DNA from: Ylistrum balloti
Taxonomy: Eukaryota
Length of the DNA: 64,000 bases
Assembly: GCF_031769215.1 (NCBI RefSeq)
Contig: NW_026782433.1
Location: forward strand, 310,001-374,000
Direction of reading: 5' to 3'
The notes below the pieces were generated by a model that was not told the DNA's origin, searched no databases, and saw only the letters and a program-made list of their open reading frames with translations. Positions 29,701 through 42,519 of the stretch are shown in pieces. A program made the translations under genes and the position numbers. How positions within the stretch are numbered: the first letter of the stretch is position 1; every line of letters begins with the position of its first letter.

Positions 29701-30066
29701 TTGGTCACGTTGATTGAATCTGTATCATCCAAAGTATTTGTTTGCATATAAGAAACAGTTGTTTTTGAAGATTTTGAGTGATAGAGATTCTACTATACAC
29801 TGTATATTAACTGTTTTACTTCCGTGATAATACACCAATGATATGATTTTACAGCTGACAGTAGCAGCGAGGAGGAGGAGGAGAAGGAGGAGGAGGGTGG
29901 TGGCCAGAGTGAACCTGTGTCATTGTGTCATCAGTCTGTAATGGCTGCTGGAGCAGAAATTACGTCCGACAATGAATGGGACGTTAATGAGCTGGACGGA
30001 TTTGAATGTGACGATTACCTTATTGGGGATGACCCCCTTGAGGAAGAGAGGTGGTCACTGTCTTGA
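14719..30066 (+). CDS. RRM + F-box + leucine-rich-repeat protein (putative RNA-binding protein EEED8.10-like / FBXL-type), 19 coding exons
   Basis: Phase-consistent AG/GT exons: 14719-14838, 16536-16630, 17797-17880, 18259-18403, 19067-19289, 20799-20912, 21067-21164, 21629-21669, 21952-22027, 22259-22315, 22865-22975, 23943-23991, 25036-25079, 25536-25615, 25944-26049, 27355-27442, 28245-28388, 29279-29392, 29855-30066 (TGA). RNP2 KIFVGNIS, RNP1 RGIAFVTF, F-box IQRLYDDSLMLIFSFLSVKEHVRVERVCRRWRHLAQKSW, AMN1/FBXL-type LRRs (CPNLTELNVSGASVTDVSL, CKHLTELYISHCKSVTDQSL, CYGLELVDLSGCFDISNHSV), acidic tail. Confidence 0.9.
15239..15637 (+). mobile_element. Non-autonomous Helentron/HINE (TTTTTATACGCCCGTC family), intron 1 of the RRM-F-box gene
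   Basis: 5' hairpin atacgcccgtc-gaaa-gacggacgtat, a (gtcc)-like microsatellite, two internal ~160-bp repeats with gagttatgcccctt, a 3' subterminal repeat acggacgtat (15601-15610), a GC-rich hairpin remnant and a cttgtt end. Confidence 0.75.
16611..17125. repeat. 53/54-bp minisatellite, ~10 copies in two sub-families, beginning inside coding exon 2
   Basis: Units begin at 16611, 16664, 16717, 16770, 16823, 16875, 16928, 16980, 17034 and 17088 with (c/g)tgaagaaatggtccc. The first copy encodes LKKWSRG plus the donor. Confidence 0.92.
19925..20020 (+). mobile_element. SINE central-domain fragment
   Basis: ggtggagggaagtcagagttcccggagaaaaaacactgacctgc resembles the widespread mollusc SINE core ggaggaaaccggagtacccggagaaaaccaccgacctg (recalled). 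Confidence 0.45.
22375..22683. repeat. ~51-bp minisatellite, 6 copies, with internal palindrome TGATC-TG-GATCA
   Basis: Unit tttcacatgttcatccattaactttaattgatctggatcagtttttttgct with a variable poly-T. Confidence 0.92.
22956..23170. repeat. 44-bp minisatellite, ~5 copies, spanning an exon end and its donor
   Basis: Unit gtctcatcaacatcacacag|gtaagttctactctttaattataa. Donor copies at 22976, 23020, 23064, 23108 and 23152. Confidence 0.92.
26016..27260. repeat. 47-bp minisatellite, ~26 copies, spanning an exon end and its donor
   Basis: Unit ctgtcttacctaaacatcagttacctgtctcat|gtaagtcacacaat. The variant cttaggaaag recurs at 26515 and 26891, 376 bp apart (8 units). Confidence 0.95.
28413..28900 (+). 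mobile_element. Non-autonomous Helitron/HINE (TTTTTAGCTCACC family), probably truncated
   Basis: Starts tttttagctcacc...ggtgagct (terminal hairpin), then (catc)n-like repeats and degenerate internal repeats with ggggccc/gggcag motifs. The 3' end is uncertain. Confidence 0.65.
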
Positions 30067-31789
30067 ATATTTTTAAGGTATAGACAGAGGCCTGAGTATT
30101 GGCCGACTGCTATTGGTCAAGATCTGAAAATGGTCTGGAAATTACACTACTGTTGAAAAGATGCTCAATGCCCAAAATACTAAAGTATATCTCATCTCTT
30201 ACACTAGAGAAGATGTTAAGTGTCCTGAATGTAGTCTGGTTACAGGAAAATAAAGCTATCGGAAAATCAAGTCTGTCCTGAACGTTATCAATATTCAGAA
30301 AGTCTCTAGAATATACCTGGTAAAAGATGGTTACCCTCTGGAAGCCAAGGTCCCTCTAGGACCTATCCATTGAATTCTTTTAAATGTACTGGATGTTGAA
30401 TTGAAATGGTTAATTCCAGGTCATCCATCCGCGTAAAATTGTTAAACGCAATAGATTGTAAAATAAAGACAAATATTTTCAGTAAAATCACTGTTTATTT
30501 TTTTTTTATGATTTCAAGTTATATAAAGCAATTTATGAATAATTGGTTTCTAATTGTCCATAATATCTTAATAACTGTGGATCACAACTCCACATAACAA
30601 TGGTTCTGCCTCAGTTGCCAGGTGAATTTTCTAGGATGTGTAATTATAAAAGTCTTATCTACCTATATTTACCTAGTACCACACAACAAAACTACATTTA
30701 CTGTATTTTAAAGAATATGGCTTTAGATGAAAAAGAAAGTTAAATTTGAATTAAAGTTAGTGCATAGAAAGTTGATTTATTTAAATATATTTTTATCAAA
30801 ATTATTAGATAGTGCCAAAATGGTAGAACCACAATTATTTGATAAAAGAATGTATTTGGAGATATACTGCTTACAAAAAATGCATTGGTCAAAACAAAGT
30901 GATACAGTATAACTGACAATCAACATACATCGAAAGATGTTCAAATTCCTCTGTGATAAAAAAATAAAATCGTTTAATTCCTTTTATCATGAAATCCAAA
31001 AATAAAACAAACTCTCATTTGTTACATTGAAGGGTTGATGACTGGTAATTTTATCACAGACAGATGAAAATTTAGCACAGAGGTTTACATGATAAAAGCA
31101 TAGTCACTCCACAGTGCGTAAATTAAACATTATGTTCTATAAGTGTTAGTAAAATTTAAAGTTTAACAAAGTTAAGAGTAAATTTATGTTCTCTACAAAT
31201 AATTTCAGAACTCAAAACAAATGTTACATTTGTAAATAAAAAATATATTGCATATTCTGAAATCCTATTCATTCTGAAGCAGAACTATAACAACAATGAC
31301 AATCTTAATTTTTAGCTTGTTTATGAAACATTTTTTAATTTACACATTTCGAGTTGTAAAACATAGCAAAATTTCTGCTTCATATTGTTTTCCTTCATGA
31401 CACCAAAAGAAGAAACGGGGAATTTAAGGGTGAATAAAAACTTATCATAATTTTAAAAAAATAAGAAGCAGGGGTATTGGGGTGTTTGTAAAAATGCCTC
31501 CATGATGCACACTGACCAAATACATTGACCAGTAAAATCGACTACGGTATATATTGAGTGTTGCTTTGTTTACAATTTGTAGCTGCACAGTACACTTAAA
31601 TGTCAAAGTCAGATGTAAAAAATAACATTTACCAATACAGTGTGATGATAAAACTCAACAAAACAGTATCAAAATGTAACAAAGGTTCTCTATTATCACC
31701 ATGCCATTCATAAATATAAAAAACGGGTCACAACTTCTTTTTTTCTGTTCTATATCAATATATGGTTTATAGTTTATTTTGGACCTGTA

Positions 31790-31870
31790 ACAGTTTATTT
31801 TGGACCTGTAACAGTTCATTTTGGACCTAAAACAGTTCATTTTGGACCTAAAACAGTTAATTATGGACCA
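31790..31870. repeat. 21-bp minisatellite, ~4 copies
   Basis: Unit tttggacctgtaacagtt(t/c)at. Confidence 0.85.
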
Positions 31871-33725
31871 GAACTTTTTAAATTTTGAAACAATGAGAAG
31901 AGGTTACTACTGGCTTACATGAATAACATAGCAAAAATAACAAAGATATAAAAATACCTTAATTATATAAGTATATATAGTAATTGTAAACATAATTAGG
32001 AAAAGATGAATAGATAGTCACACAAATAGAAATAAAATTATTAAATATTAATAGAAATAAAATATAAATCTATATTTAAAAAGTATATTAATGATTAGAC
32101 TAGGTACAAGAAAACAAGACAGATGTGATTGAAAACGAATTAACAGGTGCACATCAAACAATGCAGAGAAGTGATACAGGTAGAATGCCATCCTAGTGTT
32201 ACTTATAGACACAGGAACAACCTGTCAAATAACAGGCTATAGGGTACAACCTTTTATTTATTGTAGAAAAGATATTTATGAATGGGAATGTAGTTTTCTT
32301 GTTTTCCTATTTTTTCATTGTCATCCAAATAGACATAGATTTCTTATATCCTTTCGAAGATCATAAAGCAGCTTAAGGGATTGAAAAATTCAATTATTTT
32401 CTGAAATAATATATTAATGTCATTGACAATATATCATAGAAAAATACCTTGATTAAACATGTCATATAAGAAAAGGCTTCTTATAATATTGCAATTCCAA
32501 ACTTATGATATATAACACTTGACATACAATTTGAGCTTAGTTGTATTACATGTCTTCTACTGCTGGGTTTTCTTAAGCTGTAACAATCGTTTCTCTGAAA
32601 ATTGCAAAATTTCTTGAAATATATATAAAGTATTTATCATCAATAACTGGGATTAGTCTTAGTATGTTGAAACACAATACAATTTAGTTAGAGACTGGAA
32701 ATCAAGTACTGTACAAATCACGGGTAGAAAATTACAAACTGATGTACGAGTATTTTCTTCATCAAGCTCTAAGTGTTTAATGTCTTTGCCGCATTTCCCT
32801 TTATTCACCAGTTTCAAAATATATAAAAAAAAATTATTTAATTATCACGATAGATATTTGATAACGTGATGAATGACAACCTTGTTTCGTCTTTCATGGT
32901 TTTAAGCCCAGTTTGTGTTGATATAACAAATTTCACATTCAATCTCAAAGCTGAAAAATCCAACAAAACTCTCAATAATTTGCAAAAAAAGTATAACACA
33001 AAAAATTTACAAATTATCACGGCATCTATACCGTGTACATTTGTATAACAATTCAACAAAACTAATATAGCAAAGATCAATAACAGAGTGGTAAGCATTG
33101 TTTGTGTATATCCACATTTAATTACCCATTTCAGAAATTTGTTATCATCTTAAATTCTTTCTATTGTAGATAAAACTTTGACGTTTATGATGAAAAATCA
33201 TTAAAGTCTTACAGGAGAATATCTCGTATACAATATATACTTTTGTATTAGAACTTCATTGTGCTGGATTTACTACAAGTACTTATCTATTGAATCAGAA
33301 AGTGTTCAAATCATCCTCTATGGATCACAGGGGCAAGACATGAGATTCCCAAATCTTTTATGTTTGTTATAAACAAGTATTTTTAAAACAAAAGAAGAGG
33401 GGTTATACCTAATTTCTGTGATGAAAATTAACAGACATTCAAATATTTCAATTTTTATTCTTTGACAATGTTTCTTTATCTAATATAAATTCATCTGTTT
33501 ATTTTAATCACCATAGAATGATTTAACTTAGATGATGATCTGAACATTATTTACGATTACTTAACCTAACAAAAACTATCAAAGGCTAGCAGGTTGACAA
33601 TGATTAAATATCATACTTGCAAACATTGACAAAATCAGACGCCATTTTGATATCTGATCATAAATAACCTGCTTCCTTACAACACAGAGTAATAATTGTC
33701 AAAACCTCTTGCTTTTTTTTTCCTA

Positions 33726-36209
33726 TCATTTATATCCATCATATTTGATTGGTGGGAAATGGTCGACTCTGATTGGCTCCTCATAGTGAGGCGGGTTATA
33801 CAGGCCCCATTTAGGCATGGGAATTTCCATGGGGTATGGCTGTTTGAAGGTGAATCTTCCCTGATAGGACTTGTTATGGGGCATAGGGTGTAGAACATCC
33901 TTCTGCATCACCTCATTTGTGTAGGATATGAAGTCATCATGTGATCGACTTGTAGGCTTTGAGGGGCGTTCATAATGCCAGTTAACCTTCTTGTAGTCAG
34001 CTGTTAAACAAATTGTATGTATATATAGATATATATGATATTGAGTCATAATTAGCTAACAGCTTTCAGATTTTACTCAGTGATGCTACAACTAAAAAAT
34101 CTCTCTATGAAACCTTCACACATATGAATATCAAGTGCGGTATACAAATATCTTGAAAAAATGTAATTATCAACAGTGACGATGACTACATCAAGTTAGT
34201 AAATTCTAGGCAATTTGTTGCATCATTAAACTTTCTGATATTTTTACTGACAGCAGCTGAAGAGAAGTGTATTACAATACTATCTTTACACATTGGACAT
34301 GGATCATGTGACCAAAGATCACTTAACTCCATTGATCTTGTAATACTTCATCAATATGACAGTATTATAATATTCTACATTACTGTATAATTGATATTCA
34401 AGAAGTATGTAGAACAAGGCTTTCGTATCAACCTCACTATAAAGAGTAAACTTTGTGTATGAAGAAAAATTCTATTTCAGCCTTCAGTTTGGTGTACAAA
34501 TGTAAAAACAATAGTAATGTGTGGTGTGTACGTACATCTTCTGATGGTGTTGATGTTCCTGTTGAACCAGTCCGGGTGCTGTGAGGAAGATTTCTTTGCG
34601 TACCAGTCAGGATGAGGTCCACCCCATTTCTGCCAGCCTTTCTGTTAACAGGTCACAGAATTATTATTTGTTTACTGGGAGTGAATGAAAAGCTTGTCAA
34701 ATATGATAGATAAACAGAAACAAATGTCAATAGGAAAAATACAGTTAAAATTTGTTTTGTACTCGACTAATATTTATAAACTGTGGAAGACATTCCTTTG
34801 TCAAGTAAAAAGTGCAAATGGACATGTTTTCTATACAGAGCAGTGCTGAGATGACGAAACCTTATCTAAATTGAAAGCCAAACGTGTAAACATTTCCATG
34901 TAGTTGTTATTGTATTGTTATATAGAATGTTGACTTACGTGTGCTACATCTGGGCTGCTAGAGTGGTACCTCTTCCAGGAATAGAGATCAGCCTGCCTGT
35001 TTGCAGAAATAGACAAGGTCATCCATGTTACCATTAAATCATTCATTGTTTCCAGGGATGTATATTTCACATATTATCATACAAGCTTTTCTCCATTTTA
35101 CAGATCCATACCATTAAGAAGTTTGAGTAACTGATATAGTGTTGATGGAAATCTCCAGTGTTAAAATTGTATTTCAAACTGTAAAAAAAATGGGGGGGGG
35201 GGGGGTCCAGAAAACTATGTTTAAGCTAAACATGCATATAAAATTGAAAAAGTTCTTTTATTTAGAGCTAGTATCCTTGATATACCAAGTCAATTAAATT
35301 AAGATGTCATTGTGTAAACACAGACAAATATGTGTTTTAAAAGTGATTAAATTCAAATAATCAAAAGAAATTATACTGTTCTTCTGTAAGATGACAATCA
35401 CATTAATTATTTCAATCTCTCTGACAAATACGCTTAATCAAAGAGTTAATGTTTTAAGCTTACATGGTCCAAAAGAGTTGTGAGCTTTATACCAAACTGC
35501 TACCAGTCATGAATTTAGGAGACCCAATTTTGTATTAACAGTGCTAGTGGAACTGGACCCCAAGGGGGTTCTCCTTCGTTTTAGATAAAGCCATCTGATC
35601 TCGATCAATCAAATGAAAGCTAAAACTCTGCATGCTTATACCTGACATTAATAGGTAGCCATGGACAAGGTATTGTGGGTAAAATTTAATTCCAAGAATA
35701 TTACTCATACTCAGGGTTACTTCTCATTTATAATGGAAAGCTTGTAATTTCGTGAATATATGAAAAATACGAGCTACGATGCATTTTCATTGGAAAGGGA
35801 AAATAACCAGGAACTCGCCTTCCAAGTCCCGCCGTTTATTCATTTATCTTCCTCTCAATCACATAATTCAAATTTTGCACATTTTACAGTAACATGTAGT
35901 GTAGAGTAAATGATTGTGAATATAACTTCATACTGTCTGAACATTATTCTGAACTCAAATTTTCAAGTGCTACGGTGTTTACTCATGAATTCAGTACTGG
36001 AAGGTATCTTGTTTTGTCCTTGTATTACTGTAAAGATATATTGATCTATCGATATGAAATTGACGGATGCTTTTTATTCAGCAAAATAATTAAATGGCCA
36101 ATACCTCGAGGGATCAAACCATGTATTTATATAAGTGTCTAGATGAACAGACTTACCATAGCTTAGGTTGACTAGCTGGTATAGACAAAAACTGGGCAGT
36201 GGAAGCCAT
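33726..36209 (-). CDS. Uncharacterized 163-aa W/Y/P-rich protein, 4 coding exons (possible ciliary/sperm axonemal protein)
   Basis: Minus-strand exons 36209-36157 (MASTAQFLSIPASQPKL), 34996-34939, 34641-34536 and 34000-33726 join in phase with canonical sites (GTAAGT, GTAAGT, GTACGT donors). Protein ends ...EEPIRVDHFPPIKYDGYK*. No signal peptide or TM segment. Confidence 0.8.
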
Positions 36210-36419
36210 CTTCACGGGTACACAGGAGGCCGCTTATACCCTACACCACAATAACGAAGTCGGTCTTCAACGATTAATGCCAATATAGCATAATTATATG
36301 TAAACTTTTCTTGTTTTAGTGTTTTATTTATGTTTTATTGATTATCTTTTCATGATGGTCCACTGTTGACACATCGCTCTGTGTTAGCAATGACGAGAGA
36401 CGGATAATAGGATGTGTCT

Positions 36420-36434
36420 GTTTCCCTTAGCAAC
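36420..36434. promoter_or_regulatory. RFX X-box-like motif between the divergent gene pair
   Basis: GTTTCC-CTT-AGCAAC resembles the X-box consensus GTNRCC-N(0-3)-RGYAAC with one mismatch, about 210 bp from the ATG of the minus-strand gene. Confidence 0.45.
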
Positions 36435-37729
36435 GTTAGTAAATTGATCCTTGGTTACCGTTCGACAAGTGTGCATCATCTGTGATTTTTCGAAGATTAC
36501 ACATAAGCTTACTACTATAGTTTTCATTTACGTATATAGAAACATTTATCAAAAAAAACTAATACATATAAGCTATAACGGGTAGAAATCGTACAATTAA
36601 CCGTCCACCTATAACGGGCACCTGCTGTTTTTAACGTTGTAAGCGACACAAACAGGGGTGGCAACTGGACTAAGAGAAATAATTATATACACCGGAAAGA
36701 AATGGGAGATACTTTGTTTTTCAACGGCCATCAGGCTAAAGCCCCCTACCATGTCAACTATCCACCCACCGTTCCAAGGTACCCAAGCTCACAAGAAATG
36801 TTCAGGTCAGTAAAAAATGTTTAATCGTGTGACGATGTTCTTTCTAAATACCAAATACATACATGTAAACTGTGTATATATCATTAGATATGCATATCTG
36901 TAACGGATAAGAATACGTTATGCCTATGTATGATATGTGCTACACGCGCACATAATTGGATTCAGAATACTTTCGTTAAGAATAGATCGATTCACTTAGA
37001 GCGATACAGGTGAGCATACACAGTGACGTCCGCGAATACGTGCGAGACATCAGCATTGTTTTATTAATGAACTTACTTGAGATACAAATAATCATCTTGT
37101 CTTCCTTGAAATGCTTCATCCCGATTATGGAAATGGAAAATGGCATCTGGTAGACATTTACATGTTATGTAATCAATATCAAATCCATTGAAAAATAATA
37201 AGATTTAAAACAACTCAGGTTGTACACACTCAGTGTTGAATCTATTTGCAAGCTTTATTACTTATTCTCAGCAAGCTTTGTCTGTCCAGCTTGTAAATCA
37301 CACAGTAAGGCAAGCTTTGTCGTAATGTGGAATGGAATTATGATACTTAGCAGAAGTTTCATGTGAAATTCCACTGAGGATTTTGTGGGCGTTACATTAA
37401 TACTGGATGCTGACGTCATGTAGTGAAATATGTATATATCCTTAGTACATCACAATGTTTTCTTCTTTTAATGTTTGGAAAGATTTCTTATCGAGTGGTT
37501 GAACATATGGTTGTAGTGAAGTTTTAAAGAATAGTGTGTTATCTAAAGCACGTCAGATCAAGTTTTTCCTACCCGTAGCAAGAATCCATAATATTAACTT
37601 TAAATGTAGCATGAAGTATTTTGACCTATCATATGTATAGGTTATACCGGTCATTCTGGTGGAATATGAAGTTAAATCACCTATAATAATGTAAACAGGT
37701 ACATGAAATTGTTTTCAAAAAAAAAAATT

Positions 37730-37860
37730 GTTTTCTGGTAATATCCCTACATGGGCGCCAAATGCCATTATGTCAGAGGTCATTATTAATTTCAATGACT
37801 CCGCTGGGAATCGAACCTGGGACCCCTGGCTTACTAAGCTGATTGCGACTAGTACTTAAC
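37730..37860 (-). mobile_element. tRNA(Thr-AGT)-like SINE head or tRNA pseudogene fragment
   Basis: The minus strand reads agcTTAGTAAgccaggggtcccaGGTTCGATTCCcagcggagtca: anticodon-like loop with AGT, B-box and T-arm. The 5' half and D-arm do not fold, so it is not an intact tRNA. Confidence 0.55.
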
Positions 37861-38103
37861 CAGGGTTACAATAATGTGTCACATAATGTTATTGCCTACT
37901 TTCTATGCACCGGTGGCTGGCTTCCACACCCTTCCTCTGGATTCCGGTTTGTCTCGTGCATCGGACGTCACTCTTAAATTTCTGGGAAACTCGTCCATCA
38001 TAAATCTCCCATTTGCTTAGTCAAACTTCCCTCCAACGATACAAATATTCCAGCTATCCCCTCCCCTTTAGTTCTAGTCAAGTTTTCATTTATTCATCGA
38101 GAC

Positions 38104-39690
38104 ATGTCGATCCGGTACATACTAAATAAAACATCTAATTTATTCAAGAAAATATTGAATTCAATACAAAAAAATCTTGTTTGTTTATGAGATTTCTTAT
38201 TTCTTGATAAACATATTTGTTAGTTAATGAGATGTACTAAATGATACACGAGTAAATGCCACGTCTAATTTGTAAAAAAATATATACTATTTCCGTAAAT
38301 GGATTTCTTTGTCAAATAAATCAGATAAATTTGCTTAAGGAGATGACCAATATTGCTTCAGGAATAAACGACAACTTGGCATGTCATACATGACTCCATT
38401 CCTTGCCATCCTAGAATTTAAAGTTATTTTGCCGACTCCCACGTTTTAGAGAAGTGTTGATGCTAAGGTTACGAAAATAAAAACGCGTTCTTATATTTAT
38501 TACCTTATTTGGAATGTTCCTTCTATAGCTGAACTATATATATGTTTATCTCTTGCACGTGTCAGTGATCTTAGGTAAGAGTTTCACGTATGCGTAAAGT
38601 CTTCATGTTACAAGTAAGATTCTTCCGATTTAATTCTACTGTGTCGATGATGATTATATTGATTTTATTGAAAGGTCACGTATCTGATGATAAATGACCT
38701 TTCCCCTAAGGATGTAAACTATTGATAGTACACTTTATTTACTATTAGCTCAGTCTAACCTATCTTATTTCTAGAGATACATAATACCTTGTACTTGTAA
38801 TGCCTTCAGTCCTAACGTGTGATACGTCTTTTGTAGGAGGGAGAGTCCAGACAAATACACTACACTGAAGAGGGAGAGAGTTTCTTACCAGGTATGGTGT
38901 ATCTTATGTCTTTACAGGTTGTATGTCATGTGTGGACCGGAAACTCGGAACTTCTCAAGTTGAAAGTGTCAAATAGTTGTGATAACGTGAACGTCGATGT
39001 GATAAATATATCACAGCAATATATATATTGTTTCGTGACAATACTTACGTGGCTTTATATTGAGATTACATGCATGTTATAGAGATACTTTACTACCTTG
39101 TGAAGCGATAGTTTACGTTAAGAATTTTTGGCCGACATGTTGGATCTTTTAAAGAATTTATCTGTTACTGCTAATTAATATATATTTTTTTAAATATTGA
39201 TAATGAAGGTTAAGTGAATATACAAGTCCCATAACTTTGTGGATGTGTTACGTAAATTGTGATATTAATTATTCATAAACCGTTGTTTCCCCAGCATTGG
39301 ACCGACAAATGGTACGACAACGGGTACCCAACACTCCAGCGTCGGGAGCTGCCCAAACGCTCAGATAGACACGAGCCCTGTAGCCAGCCATGGCAGTACA
39401 ATGTTGGTACCTCTGCTATCAGTCGGTGGTCTAAGGATGGCAAAGACTGGCCAGTATCTCCTAAATACCTCACCCAGGGCAGACCTCCAACTGAGGCCAC
39501 GCGAGCACGTGGTATCAACCGTCTCTCACTTCCCCGTGAAGAAAATCTGTACCCGTTCTCAAACTTCATGACGTCACAATACAGAAAGCCAGTTTATTCC
39601 GTATTTGGACATCTACAGAGAGACAAGGTTTATGGCGTTACTCATCAACACAACAGACACGGAAACATGCCCTTTGAGGATTACTACTAA
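38104..39690 (+). CDS. Uncharacterized ~153-aa W/Y/P/R-rich protein, 3 coding exons (possible ciliary/sperm axonemal protein)
   Basis: Exons 38104-38114 (ATG TCG ATC CG|gtacat, the weakest call), 38837-38891 (RESPDKYTTLKRERVSYQ) and 39295-39690 (HWTDKWYDNGYPTLQRRELP...GNMPFEDYY*). Phases 2 and 0 are consistent. Confidence 0.7.
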
Positions 39691-42519
39691 ATATAGATTA
39701 CTATGATGTTTAAAACTTGTATATTATATAAAACTTCAATGAATTTAGGATAATTTCAATTGAATATAAAAGTTGAGTTTTTAAAACGATGTTAAGAAAG
39801 CTCCAACTCCAGCAAAAAGTGCTGAATGAGTGTACTTTAAGGGAAAATACAGAGTTAGCAATGCTATGAAACCCCGATGCTGCCAAATGGCCTTTAAACT
39901 GATGGCTAATGTCGTTGATATGATGTAGGTAACACATTATTTTTTTTCTGGCTGTTGTAAAATTTGGCATCAAAACACACTGGGTCATTTAATTAGGCAG
40001 TGAGTGATATACAATAACTTTATGATTAGCCTTGTCTCCAACTTTATACTGAAGTGTATATCAAGTGTGATTCTCACAATATTTCAAATATTTAAGTTTG
40101 ATATTGTTGTAGTCGTCATAGTACGATTTTATAACAATTAAAACTATGTGTAAACATACTGTAATATAAGTACATGTATTGTTGGAAGCGGTTTCGGGAT
40201 ATTTTAATGTTTTTGGAATACGGGCGCGTGCGGAGGGTACTTAATATACAAAGTACAATTAATGTTTTGTCGTGTAATTTTTGTTCATATAATATTTTCA
40301 ACACTTTTCAAACTTCGGGGATTATTTTATCTTTTATTGAAAAAAAAACCTACCCCGACATAGATACATCTGTGGGAAATGTGACCTGTTCTAGAAAAGT
40401 TAGTATGTATCAGGTTGAACTTGTGGCTAAGGCAGTCTTACACTCACCGTTTGATTACCTACTAGATGTAGCATCAGAAATAATGTTATTATAAAAATTG
40501 TCCTGTTAATGACATGTATAAAACTGACCGTCTGGACATTCGGTTTATCGGCATCTGGTATTAATCAATTCATTTAAAAGTTGACTTAGTGTTTTCACTA
40601 GCATTAAATAGGTATGTACTGCTGGGCCAAGGTCCAAACTCCTAGTTGTGTATTTTTGTAGTGTTTTACAGCGTCGTACGAGATTGTGGTGTGAGATATA
40701 ATTTTGTTAATATTATTAATCATTTCTGATTCCATAGTTTTCTTTTCTATCAAATTATATTTCTACGTAATTTTAATTCTTTTTTTTATCTCGTTCACTA
40801 GTCTGAACTATTTTGTTCACAATACCTTTGTTAATTATATTTGAAATTTTATGCACTTCTTTACACTTCACTCGGTGTTAATATATAATCATTTAATCAG
40901 GGTTTTAATTTTATTTCTCATTAACACATTGTTCTTTGTTGTTAAATTTTGATTCTTTGTGTCAATTGTTTCTGAGACTGGGGTAATAAGAGGACTTGTT
41001 CGGACTTAAGGGTATGGCTGGTTATGTCCGTCGAAAACAGCCATAATAGAAGGAAGAGACTCTGTTTACAATGTTTTGTTTGATATCAATTAAAATATGC
41101 CTTAATTGATGTGCTAACATTCATAACTTAAATTCTAAGTACATCATTAATATTTACACTGATCTTCATTATTGCTAACAACGTATTTAACATCTGTTTG
41201 TTGTTTACACTAATATTCATATCTAAATTGCAGGCTAAATAGTTGAAATACTGTGAATGTAAAAATAGATTCAACGACTTCATATTAAAAAATGAAAAAA
41301 ATGTATATAATCTAGTTTTGAATTACCCAGTATCCTATGGCCATAAGTTTCACTAATTTCGTTTTACATGTTGCTAAATCTCCTTTTCAGTCAATAATGA
41401 AGTGGTTCATTGACACCAGTTCGACAGATTTGGTGCCGCAAAGAGATCATTAAGGGTTTTTTTTCAGCCTATTCTTACACGAGTCAGTGCCGGTTGTCAT
41501 GTAATATAGACACTAGTATAAGTTTCAGAAGTAGGGAAACTATGTTATAGTCACGTGTTATGATAATATGAAATATAATAAATATTTCTATAATAAATTC
41601 ATCTCTGTGTTGTTTATATAACATAAGTACAGCATGGATACATATTCAGAAAATATTTGGACATATGTGGATTTAAAAAAAAAAAAAAAAAAAAGTGCAT
41701 TCATTTTCCTCTCGACTCTACAAGCTATTAGAAGAGAATCAAGGACGTTACTTTTCGTTTGGCGCTGACGTCAACGTTTAACTTCGTTTTGTAGAAAGTT
41801 TAGTTACCAAACTTATTAAATTTGGCGTATATTTACATCATATTAGATGAATTTGAAATCCTTACATATATGTTTAATATTTTGATGTCATATACATGTA
41901 TATAAAATATAAATCTAATATCGACGGTATGGTCCGATATTGGTACTGAATCCTAACGAACAAATGTTCGATGGATGCATATTACTGGAATAAGATATAT
42001 GATCATTGAATTAATAACGACAGTACGGACATGTGAATTATAAAATTTTTGAGGCAACCTGCCCCGTTGTCAAGACACAAATATTACATAAATGACATAA
42101 CATACTTAGAACATAACACAAATTCAAAGATATATACTATGATCGAGAAAGGTAGTGTAAGTTTTGGTGCCCCATACACACATATATATATTCATTATTG
42201 TAGAAGTTGGATTTTAAGATTTAGAGAAAATGAAAAACTCATGTTGACGTCTAAAACCAAGGTGAAGTACACCGAGAATAAAAGTTTGAGAATAATTTGA
42301 ATATTTTGAATATTTTTGGACAATATTTTAATGGAGTTTGTGGAAGATTTCACTTACTCGTGAGAACTAAGTATTCCAACTCATGTCCAATGTTTTTCAT
42401 CATTATTCCATACAAAGCCGAATTTATCAAATGGCTTATGAGAACGGTCAAGAAAGTCATAGCCAATTGCTACAATTACATTAAAGTCACGTTTAGATAT
42501 ATCAATAATATACCTTAAG

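Noticed and set aside
37796-37860. Functional tRNA-Thr gene
   Set aside because: Only the 3' half is tRNA-like, and the acceptor stem and D-arm cannot be formed. It is kept as a SINE or pseudogene fragment.
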